Of a stretch of DNA of 64,000 nucleotides, positions 57,110-64,000 are shown in pieces. The position numbers and the translations under genes are program-made. The stretch covers positions 166,451 through 230,450 of the forward strand of contig MHGF01000034.1 of the NCBI GenBank assembly GCA_001805445.1, read 5' to 3'. The stretch's first letter is position 1. Each line of letters begins with the position of its first letter. Below the pieces are notes generated by a model, which was given only the letters and a program-made list of their open reading frames with translations, did not search any database and was not told the origin of the DNA. This DNA comes from Omnitrophica WOR_2 bacterium GWF2_43_52. Its GTDB lineage: Bacteria; Omnitrophota; Gorgyraeia; Gygaellales; UBA12090.

Positions 57110-57323
57110 TAAATATAAGGGGCTCCGGGGGCAAGGCATGCTTGAGCATGTGGTTTTCCTGTGCTTGGTCATAGGGGCATTGTTGCTCTTAGGTTATTAT
57201 GTCAAAAATAGCCTCTCCGGGAAGTTCCGCGACGGAGCCGATGTTTTCGGCCAGGGAGACGTATACCGGCCGCTTGGAGAAACGGTAGTATCAATTTCGG
57301 AAACAATAAACATAGACTACTAA
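57093..57323 (+). CDS. Flp/TadE-like pilin
   Basis: G|QGMLEHVVFLCLVIGALLL.GYYVKNSLSGK. Confidence 0.82.
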   Translation: MKRQNNKYKGLRGQGMLEHVVFLCLVIGALLLLGYYVKNSLSGKFRDGADVFGQGDVYRPLGETVVSISETINIDY

Positions 57324-57350
57324 TGCAAACGCATTAAATAATGTGTCATT

Positions 57351-57514
57351 CAGACTGTGTCGCAATAGCAAGATGTGTGTCATTGCGATCCGCCGAAGGC
57401 GGAGAAGCAATCTTGATCCTAAGATTACTTCGTCGCTGTCGCTCCTCGTAATGACACGATGAGGCATTACTGTTTTGCCCGCAAAGATAAATAATAACAT
57501 TATGACACAGTCTG
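57351..57514. mobile_element. 164-bp MITE with ATT target duplication, carrying a REP doublet
   Basis: TIRs CAGACTGTGTCGCAAT / ATTATGACACAGTCTG (14/16); ATT on both sides; splits TGTCATT|GCGAG. Confidence 0.75.
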
Positions 57515-57572
57515 ATTGCGAGCGAGTGAGCCGAAGCCGCGAGCGAAGCGTGGCGGGAAGCAATCTTAAAGT

Positions 57573-57863
57573 ATGCTTTCTAAACAGTATTATGTGTATT
57601 TTCTGACAAATTGGAATAACAAAGTTCTTTATGTCGGGGTAACTAATGACTTAAAACGCAGGGCCTACGAACACAAAAACGCTTTAACGCAAGGTTTTAC
57701 GCAAAAATATAACGTGAATAAGTTAGTTTATTATGAGATTTGTGAAGAAATAGAAGGAGCCATTTCAAGGGAGAAACAAATTAAAGCCGGATCCAGGCAA
57801 AAGAAAAACGAGCTTGTTTCAAGAGTGAATCCTCGATGGGAAGATTTGGCTGATAGGATATAA
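57573..57863 (+). CDS. GIY-YIG nuclease (small, stand-alone)
   Basis: YYVY...LYVGVTNDLKRR.YEH...FTQKY...LVYYE...AISREKQIK. Confidence 0.92.
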   Translation: MLSKQYYVYFLTNWNNKVLYVGVTNDLKRRAYEHKNALTQGFTQKYNVNKLVYYEICEEIEGAISREKQIKAGSRQKKNELVSRVNPRWEDLADRI

Positions 57864-58004
57864 GATTGCTTCGCAAAAAGCGCCCGCAATGACACCTTTA
57901 AGGAGGAGGCAAGTCTTTTTATCAAAACTCTTTAAAAACAAAGAAGATAAAAAGATTTAAAACAAAAGCTTTTGACAGAACGGAATTAAGTTAACGGAGC
58001 ACTA

Positions 58005-58859
58005 ATGGCCATTTTTATTTATTCTTTTATCTTTGCCTCTACCTTTATCTGGGTGTATTTTTTGATAGGCACTGCCTTTCCTTTCGGGGTTACGTATTAT
58101 AAACAATGGCAGACGCGAAAAGCGGGAGAAATGAGTTCTCATTTGGAGAGGTCGTTTATCTTTGTAGAAAAACAAAGAGAGATTTTACTTACCTTATTCC
58201 CTATAGGTTTTGCTATCCTGGGAGGCGTTATTGTGCGAAAACCTTTGGCTCTCGTCATTGGTTTCTTGGTGGGCCTTATGCTTCCCAGCCTGCTTATAAA
58301 AGTAGCCTGGCAAAATAGAATAAAGAAATTCCGCGGCCAATTAGTGGATAGTATCATGATACTGTCAAGCTGTTTAAAAGCGGGATATTCGCTCTTTCAG
58401 GCAATTGAGGTGCTCTGTGATGAAATGCCGCCTCCGGTTTCCCAGGAGTTTGGGCTTGTGCTTAAGGAAAACAAATTAGGGGTAAGCCTTGAGGAGTCCC
58501 TGCGGTTATTGAGAAAGAGAATACCTCTTGAAGAGATGAACCTGCTGATCAGCTCTATTCTGGTTGCCAAGGAAACAGGCGGCGAACTTACCAAGGTATT
58601 TTCTCGGTTAACCGAAACTATCCGCAACAACCTGAAGCTCAAAGATAAAATCAGCACATTGACGCTTCAGGGAAGGCTGCAGGGAGCCATTATGGCATTT
58701 CTGCCTATTGGATTCGCGTGGTTTATTTATCAGCAGAACCCTCATCATTTTGATGTCATGTTAGAGACGCAGATGGGAAAGTCGCTTTTAGTTGGCGCCG
58801 TGCTTTCCCAGCTTATCGGGATGTATCTTATTAAAAAGATAAGTACAATCAAGGTATAA
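58005..58859 (+). CDS. tadB: Tad platform protein TadB
   Basis: T2SSF domain LSSCLKAGYSL.QA...ETGGEL...TLQGRLQ. Confidence 0.92.
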   Translation: MAIFIYSFIFASTFIWVYFLIGTAFPFGVTYYKQWQTRKAGEMSSHLERSFIFVEKQREILLTLFPIGFAILGGVIVRKPLALVIGFLVGLMLPSLLIKVAWQNRIKKFRGQLVDSIMILSSCLKAGYSLFQAIEVLCDEMPPPVSQEFGLVLKENKLGVSLEESLRLLRKRIPLEEMNLLISSILVAKETGGELTKVFSRLTETIRNNLKLKDKISTLTLQGRLQGAIMAFLPIGFAWFIYQQNPHHFDVMLETQMGKSLLVGAVLSQLIGMYLIKKISTIKV

Positions 58860-58868
58860 ATCCTACAG

Positions 58869-59741
58869 ATGTTATATTTTCTAAGTATAATCTTCGCGGG
58901 CTGTTCTGTGTATATGCTTACCTTGAGTTTTCTTGCATACAGAGAACGCCACTGGCATGGTTTAGAAAAGCTTATCGAGGCCCATAAAAGAAAAAAAATC
59001 AATTTTTCTATAGATAAGGCTATTAGGCCGCTGTTTCCTTTTTTAAAGCCGATTTATAATATCCCTTATTTGAAGCGCCTGCAATTCCAATTGGAAGTTC
59101 TCAAGTTAAATAACGATATCGGATGGTTGATTCTTCTGAAGCTCATGAGCGCGGTTGTTTCCGGAATATTAGTTCTCAGGTTTTTTAATCCTTTATACGT
59201 TCCAGCAGGAATCGCGGCCGGATTTTTTATCCCCGATATGCTGTTGATTCAAAAAATTAAAAAGAAAAAAGAAGACATTGTAAGAAGCGTTCCGGAGACC
59301 ATCGATCTTCTTGATCTGTGTATCGGCGCCGGACTGGATTTTACCAGTTCAGTGCGCTGGATTATTGATAAAACCGAGTCTAACGCCTTTGTTGAGCAGC
59401 TGCAAATAGTGCTGGGAGAAATTCATGTTGGGAAAAGCCAGTCTCAGGCATTAAGAGATATGGCTAAGCGCTTAAACATTACTGATGTCAATAGTTTTGT
59501 GCGCAGTGTCGTACAGGCGGAAAATATGGGAACTTCCTTGGAGGAGGCTTTTACCAATCTTTCAGAAGACACCCGTCTTTCCCGGTTTCAGGCAGGCGAG
59601 CGCTACGCGATTAAGGCGTCATTAAAAATCCTTTTTCCCCTGCTCTTTTTTATCCTGCCGGTAATTATGATAGTAGTCGCGGGCCCGATAATAGTAAAAT
59701 TTATGCAAGGCGGCCTTATCCCATCAGGAGGTATTCCATGA
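58869..59741 (+). CDS. tadC: Tad platform protein TadC
   Basis: PETIDLL.LCIGAGL...QAENMGTSL...KILFPL.FFILP. Confidence 0.92.
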   Translation: MLYFLSIIFAGCSVYMLTLSFLAYRERHWHGLEKLIEAHKRKKINFSIDKAIRPLFPFLKPIYNIPYLKRLQFQLEVLKLNNDIGWLILLKLMSAVVSGILVLRFFNPLYVPAGIAAGFFIPDMLLIQKIKKKKEDIVRSVPETIDLLDLCIGAGLDFTSSVRWIIDKTESNAFVEQLQIVLGEIHVGKSQSQALRDMAKRLNITDVNSFVRSVVQAENMGTSLEEAFTNLSEDTRLSRFQAGERYAIKASLKILFPLLFFILPVIMIVVAGPIIVKFMQGGLIPSGGIP

Positions 59742-60295
59742 AAAAAAGCTGCGGCAAAAGAAAATCCGGTTTAGCAGTCGCGTTGTTATTGGTGCTTTTT
59801 GGCTGTGAATTCTGGGCAAGCCGTTACGTAAGCCAGGAGCACAAATTTTCCATTTTATTACCCAGTAAGTGGGAAAAAGAGGAGGGCTTCGCGGGGTCGG
59901 TAGTTCTGGCAAAGGCTGTTGAGGAAGAGCCTCAGTACCGCACTAATATAAGCGTCAGTGTCGGAAACCTGGAGGAAATTCAGGCAAATATGCGCAGGAT
60001 GATTTCGCTCGAGGAATACTTTGAGGCTAATAAAGCTCAGCTGTTAGCAGTTCTCCCTGGCGCAAAGCTCAATGTGCAGGAAGGGGAAATTGTGACTACT
60101 AAAAATGAAAAAGGCCGAGTCCTGAGTTTTGATTATGATACGGAAGATGTAAAGATACGTTTTCTTGTGGCAGTCTGGATTAAGAACAGCCGAGCGTATA
60201 CTATTAGTTGTAGTTCTGAAGTAGACAGATTTAGCCAGTATGTAACTATTTTTAACAAAGTTATCCGTAGTCTAAAGATAAATGCTAAAAATTAG
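59738..60295 (+). CDS. Exported PsbP/DcrB-like protein
   Basis: Hydrophobic leader; FSILLPSKWE; AYTISC...FNKVIRSLKI. Confidence 0.7.
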   Translation: MKKSCGKRKSGLAVALLLVLFGCEFWASRYVSQEHKFSILLPSKWEKEEGFAGSVVLAKAVEEEPQYRTNISVSVGNLEEIQANMRRMISLEEYFEANKAQLLAVLPGAKLNVQEGEIVTTKNEKGRVLSFDYDTEDVKIRFLVAVWIKNSRAYTISCSSEVDRFSQYVTIFNKVIRSLKINAKN

Positions 60296-60303
60296 TCTTT
60301 ATT

Positions 60304-60364
60304 AATGTCCAGTCTATAAGCAATTTAGATAAACGTCCAATCTCACCTATTAAATGTCCAATCT
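60304..60364 (+). repeat. Three direct repeats AAYGTCCARTCT
   Basis: At 60304, 60332 and 60353; match the half-site of the 47683 palindrome. Confidence 0.6.
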
Positions 60365-60444
60365 GCGAATAATTAGCACCTATTGTTGTGTCCCATAAAG
60401 CCATTTACTTATAAAATCTTATCATAGTAGTTCAGTTAACGAAT

Positions 60445-60531
60445 TTCCCTCTCCCTCTGAGGGAGAGGGTAGGGTGAGGGGGAAATAACCGTTTACGCCC
60501 TCCCTTTGCCCCTCCCGTCAGGGAGGGGAAT
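60445..60531. repeat. REP doublet CCCTCTCCC...GGGAGAGGG family
   Basis: TTCCCTCTCCCTCTGAGGGAGAGGGTAGGGTGAGGG and inverted CCCTCCCTTTGCCCCTCCCGTCAGGGAGGGGAA. Confidence 0.7.
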
Positions 60532-60651
60532 AAAATGTAAAGAAATGTTTGAAACACTACGCTAGCCTTAAAACAGCGGGATAATTCCGCTAAGAGCATT
60601 ACTTATTCATTTTCAATATGAAAGCGCTTCCAGGAAAATCAAATTATGCTC

Positions 60652-60680
60652 TTGACACTATATAATATATATGATATATT
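60652..60680 (+). promoter_or_regulatory. Sigma70 promoter of the giant ORF
   Basis: TTGACA-17 bp-TATATT with extended TG, same architecture as 49870-49898. Confidence 0.8.
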
Positions 60681-60691
60681 TTATATACAGT

Positions 60692-60783
60692 TGAAGCGAA
60701 AAGGCAAATCTATCGCGAGGTAGAGGCGCAAAGCCACGGGTCTTGGGAGAATTGAAAATAAGATAGCCGGGTTGTCGACTTCT
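60692..60783 (+). promoter_or_regulatory. c-di-GMP-I (GEMM-I) riboswitch, U92 variant
   Basis: GAAGCG-AAAA-GGCAAATCTATC-GCGA-GGTAGAGGCGCAAAGCCACGGGTCTT...AAGATAGCCGGGTTGTCGACTTC. Confidence 0.88.
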
Positions 60784-60852
60784 TAAGTTTTCGCTAAAGA
60801 TATGAAAGCAAGCGAGAACAAAAAAGAGCGGACAACACGGCTTTTTTTATTT
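60765..60852 (+). terminator. Riboswitch terminator
   Basis: AGCCGGGTTGTC pairs with GACAACACGGCT, followed by T7. Confidence 0.7.
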
Positions 60853-60937
60853 ATGTGCTTATTAACCAGTTTTAAAAAGCATTTTAAATTGAAATTTTAA
60901 AGGCTCGTTCTTAGTTTGTAGGTTAAAAAATATAAGC

Positions 60938-63900
60938 ATGAAACTAAAAAACGTGAAGATGGAAAAAATATCCTGTGGGGGTAAGGGGGGGATTTTGCTT
61001 TTTTCTTCTAATTCTCTCAAAAGGCCAAAAAAGTGGATGAGTGCGCTAATCGCACTCATTTTTTTATGTAATACCTGTTTCCCTTCCTGGGCGGAGACTC
61101 GCGATGGGAATTCCGGGTCAAAGTCTGCTGGCACGATGTTTTTTATGGGTTCCTTAGCAGGAATTATCACCGCGGTGAGCTGCTATTACAACCCTATCCC
61201 CGCGGCTGCCGGTTCTGTTGCCAGCGACCTTACCGGGCTTTATATGTATTACAATATGTATCACACGCAAGGGGAGGAGTTGATAAGTTTTAAGATTTTC
61301 GGAATGAATATTGAAATAACCAAAGGGCAATTCTGGTCAATGGTGGCTGGGGTAGTTGCGGGCGCTGTAGCAGGATATGCGACGGGCGCGGCAAGCGGAG
61401 GAAAGAGCGCGGCTTCATCGGCGGTTAAATCGGCAGCCACGACTGCCGCTAAGGAAGGCACAAAGTCAGTAATACGAAACATAGCAAAAGCAATTAGCGA
61501 TGTGATTAAGAAATTTCTGAAAGTAATAAAGGCTATAATTGACGCGATAGTCAAGCCGATTAAAGCATTTATAAATAAGATTACCAAGCAGGTGAAAGAG
61601 TGGTTTAGAAAAATATTTGACGGCATTTTCAAAAAAGCGGCAAAAGAGGCCACAAAAGAGGCCACAAAAGAAGCCACAAAAAAAGTTGTAGAAGAAACGG
61701 TAAAAGAAACTACGAAAGAAGCGGCAAAAGAGGGCGCAAAGGAAGCGGCAACAGAAGGCTCGAAATCATATTCTGATTTCTTGCGCCAGCAGTGGAATCA
61801 GGCAAAAGATAAAGCTATTATCAATAACAAATATGCTTACTACGGGAGCCAAGGCTTCTACGGAAAGGCATTGGTAAGCGTGGCACAAGATATTCTATCG
61901 GGTACTTTTGAATTGCTCGTACGCCGGACCGTTGAAGAAATACTCATTGAGAAATTCGGCTGGGACGATACGCCTGCCGCTATTGCCGGCGGCGTTATTG
62001 GGATGTATAGCAAGACTTTTGTTTTTGTGATGATGAGTAATATGGTTTCAAAAGGTACCGGCTGGGAAATAGGAAATAACGGGGCATATTTAAGCGAGGC
62101 AGACGCACAAACAGCCAGAGAGATAAGCGATTTTGCCAATACAGAGGCTCAAGTAGAAACAGGAAACGGAAAGAGTGAAACTATTACTGTGAAGGATGCG
62201 GCAAAGATACAAGTAGAATTGACGGATACAGACGGCAAAGGCTATGAACCAGCAAGTCTGTCCGAGGTGGTATCAATAGGTGAACCAGTTATAGTTCCAG
62301 GTAAAGACGGAAAACCAACCGCTGGCCGGAAAGTAACACTGAAAAATGGAGATGAGGCTGTTGTTCTTAAAGGATCTTCGGAGGATCGCACCTATAGCCC
62401 TGAGGAATTAGGCAGGATGGCATCCGGGTTCGATAAATCATTGATAGCGTTGATTCAACAGCATGCCGCAAACCTGCGAACTCCCTTAATGAGAATGACA
62501 GGAGGGTTGATGTTAAGCCGTGATGGCACGGCTTTAAGCACCTTTACCCCATTGGGCGCGGGTACAGAGGCAGTATTAAAGTTAGGCTTATCTCCGCTTG
62601 CTTCAGCGGCAACAATCATAGCCATATTAAAACTTTTAGGTTATCAGAGCTATTACGGCCAAAAGAATGACCGGGCTTTTGAGAATCTGTGGAAATTAAC
62701 CTTGGCCGAGGCAGCAGGCGGTTTTACCGGCAATATGGTAAACAGGGTTGACCCTCTGCTCCATATGGCTAAAACTGATAAATCTCTTCAGCAGGAGAAA
62801 GGCCAATCGAGAACCCTTGCGGAGATAGTGAGCAATGTGGGCGGCTCCGGCACGACCATAAAACCTGAAGAGAGAGGCAGATTGGTAACTGACAGGCCAT
62901 TTGATATGCCTCTTGGGCAATTCGCCTTGACAGAGCTGTCTTCATCATTAGGTGAGGCTGCTTTTAGAATAGGAGTGGGGTATTTCATCGCTAAGAATGA
63001 TATTGATCTGGCGCTTGCTGTGCAGATACATCGGACCGCGGGCGCTCTTTTCGGCGGTTTGATAGATGCCACATTACGCAGGGATCCGGGTAAAGTAGCT
63101 ACCACTAAGTTAGAAGTAACCTTAGAAGATGGAACCACCCTCAAGGGAGAAAATGCTATAGAGGCGAAAGAGGTTGTGAAAGAGCACTATAAGGGCAAAA
63201 AGGTTGTAGATTCTCAAGTTGTATATACGATGATGGATGACAAGCAGAAAGAAAAAGATATATTCTTAAGCCACCAAGTATCGAGTGGAAAAAGTATATG
63301 GTCTTATTTCCTTCCTGCTGTGAGCGAACAGAGTAATAACAATCTTATTAATGGATCCTTGGATGCGTTTCCTTTTCCGTTTCCTATCCGTTCTCCCGGT
63401 ACTGAGCCTAATGCCCTGCAGGCACAGTGGCATCAGCAGGATATGTTCAAACAGCACATTGCCGGGATGATGGCAGGCGCAAGCTCGAAGGATCTTCTTG
63501 CCGCCCGCGCTTCTTCAGCGATAATTGGCTGGACAGCGCATAACTTTGGCGAGTCTGTGGCATACGGATTAGGCAATCACCTGTGGCTTGGTGAACGATA
63601 TAAATCATACGCGAGCTTTATCCCTATTAAAGAGAGGCTAAAGTGGGACAATAAACGAACGCAGGCTGAAAAGAAAAGTCTGGAAAAATTAGAAAATACC
63701 CAAGATAAACTTAAGGAGGATCATAAAGTCCCTTCACAGAAAAGGAAAGAGTTAAAAGATGAATTAACAGAAAACTCTTTGCGAGAAGAAGCGTGGAAGA
63801 TGGCCCGTTCTGATAATAACCTTGAATCAAAAACAGGGCAGGAGGCGCTCGAGGCTTTATCAGGGGATCGTAATAAGGATAGGTCAAGATTAAAGAAAGC

Positions 63901-64000
63901 GGAAAAGATTATTAATGACTACTATAAGGGGATTACTGAAGAAAAAGCAACGGAAATGTCCAAATCTAGGGATAGCGGACAGCAACAGGCAGGGAAAGAA
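60938..64000 (+). CDS. Very large membrane-associated protein, >1021 aa, truncated by window end
   Basis: ATG 60938; same frame reads KSRDSGQQQAGKE at the window end, and the track lists no + ORF here (consistent with no stop); signal-like segment ending PSWA, Gly/Ala-rich hydrophobic helices. Confidence 0.85.
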   Translation, partial: MKLKNVKMEKISCGGKGGILLFSSNSLKRPKKWMSALIALIFLCNTCFPSWAETRDGNSGSKSAGTMFFMGSLAGIITAVSCYYNPIPAAAGSVASDLTGLYMYYNMYHTQGEELISFKIFGMNIEITKGQFWSMVAGVVAGAVAGYATGAASGGKSAASSAVKSAATTAAKEGTKSVIRNIAKAISDVIKKFLKVIKAIIDAIVKPIKAFINKITKQVKEWFRKIFDGIFKKAAKEATKEATKEATKKVVEETVKETTKEAAKEGAKEAATEGSKSYSDFLRQQWNQAKDKAIINNKYAYYGSQGFYGKALVSVAQDILSGTFELLVRRTVEEILIEKFGWDDTPAAIAGGVIGMYSKTFVFVMMSNMVSKGTGWEIGNNGAYLSEADAQTAREISDFANTEAQVETGNGKSETITVKDAAKIQVELTDTDGKGYEPASLSEVVSIGEPVIVPGKDGKPTAGRKVTLKNGDEAVVLKGSSEDRTYSPEELGRMASGFDKSLIALIQQHAANLRTPLMRMTGGLMLSRDGTALSTFTPLGAGTEAVLKLGLSPLASAATIIAILKLLGYQSYYGQKNDRAFENLWKLTLAEAAGGFTGNMVNRVDPLLHMAKTDKSLQQEKGQSRTLAEIVSNVGGSGTTIKPEERGRLVTDRPFDMPLGQFALTELSSSLGEAAFRIGVGYFIAKNDIDLALAVQIHRTAGALFGGLIDATLRRDPGKVATTKLEVTLEDGTTLKGENAIEAKEVVKEHYKGKKVVDSQVVYTMMDDKQKEKDIFLSHQVSSGKSIWSYFLPAVSEQSNNNLINGSLDAFPFPFPIRSPGTEPNALQAQWHQQDMFKQHIAGMMAGASSKDLLAARASSAIIGWTAHNFGESVAYGLGNHLWLGERYKSYASFIPIKERLKWDNKRTQAEKKSLEKLENTQDKLKEDHKVPSQKRKELKDELTENSLREEAWKMARSDNNLESKTGQEALEALSGDRNKDRSRLKKAEKIINDYYKGITEEKATEMSKSRDSGQQQAGKE
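61641..61681 (+). repeat. 12-bp tandem repeat encoding KEAT
   Basis: CAAAAGARGCCA x3.4 inside the giant ORF. Confidence 0.85.

Larger units (their letters stand above)
57344..57895. repeat. GTCATTGCG...GAAGCAATC REP family flanking the GIY-YIG gene
   Basis: Left arm (interrupted) ends GAAGCAATCT at ~57565; right arm AGATTGCTTCG...CGCAATGACA at ~57863-57894; internal doublet 57377-57457. Confidence 0.75.

Noticed and set aside
50171-57323. Shufflon or invertible pilin cassettes
   Set aside because: All pilin genes are complete and co-oriented, with no recombinase or repeated crossover sites
1-64000. Many short antisense or overlapping ORFs in the track (e.g. 854-1186, 3761-4273, 8312-8815, 43556-44173, 46265-46882, 61261-61677)
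   Set aside because: They are shadows of well-supported genes on the other strand or frame, with no SD or motifs
1-64000. CRISPR array or cas genes
   Set aside because: No regularly spaced repeat-spacer series seen; the repeats are palindromic REP/MITE types or coding tandem repeats

Overview
The window has three parts. (1) 1-~13.6 kb: right-hand end of a lambda-like (siphovirus) prophage. It has tail completion/tube genes, a -1 frameshifted chaperone pair, tape measure, M/L/K/I-J-like tip proteins, fibre and receptor-binding proteins, an XhlA-like holin candidate and a u-spanin-like lipoprotein. (2) ~13.7-31.2 kb: a cargo/defence island. It carries a Type III R-M system, a HEPN-like gene, a tightly coupled SIR2-HerA-UvrD operon, a Schlafen/AlbA_2 regulator, a TIR-bounded RAYT element and a RelBE-like TA pair. 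(3) ~31.2-64 kb: host chromosome. It has a c-di-GMP riboswitch-led lytic transglycosylase, cheC, tRNA-Leu(GAG), a FIST/NosP-histidine kinase-REC/GGDEF-STT3 oligosaccharyltransferase operon and tRNA-Glu(CTC). It also has an unusually elaborate Tad/Flp pilus locus: PPIase, CpaB, a secretin fused to a TonB C-terminal domain, a TadZ-TadA fusion, DUF192, an HTH plus degenerate IS4-like transposase protein with a 22-bp palindromic operator, 11-12 prepilin-like genes, TadB and TadC. A riboswitch-controlled membrane-active ORF of >1021 aa follows; it runs off the window and is missing from the ORF track. Three c-di-GMP-I-type riboswitches occur, two with large insertions and one with U at the ligand-pairing position 92. 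The gene content suggests an Omnitrophota (OP3)-like host, which is inference only. The best candidate for an undescribed system is the cyclic-dinucleotide-gated Tad contact/membrane-attack apparatus; the second is the SIR2-HerA-UvrD defence variant. All family calls come from motif reading, not database searches.
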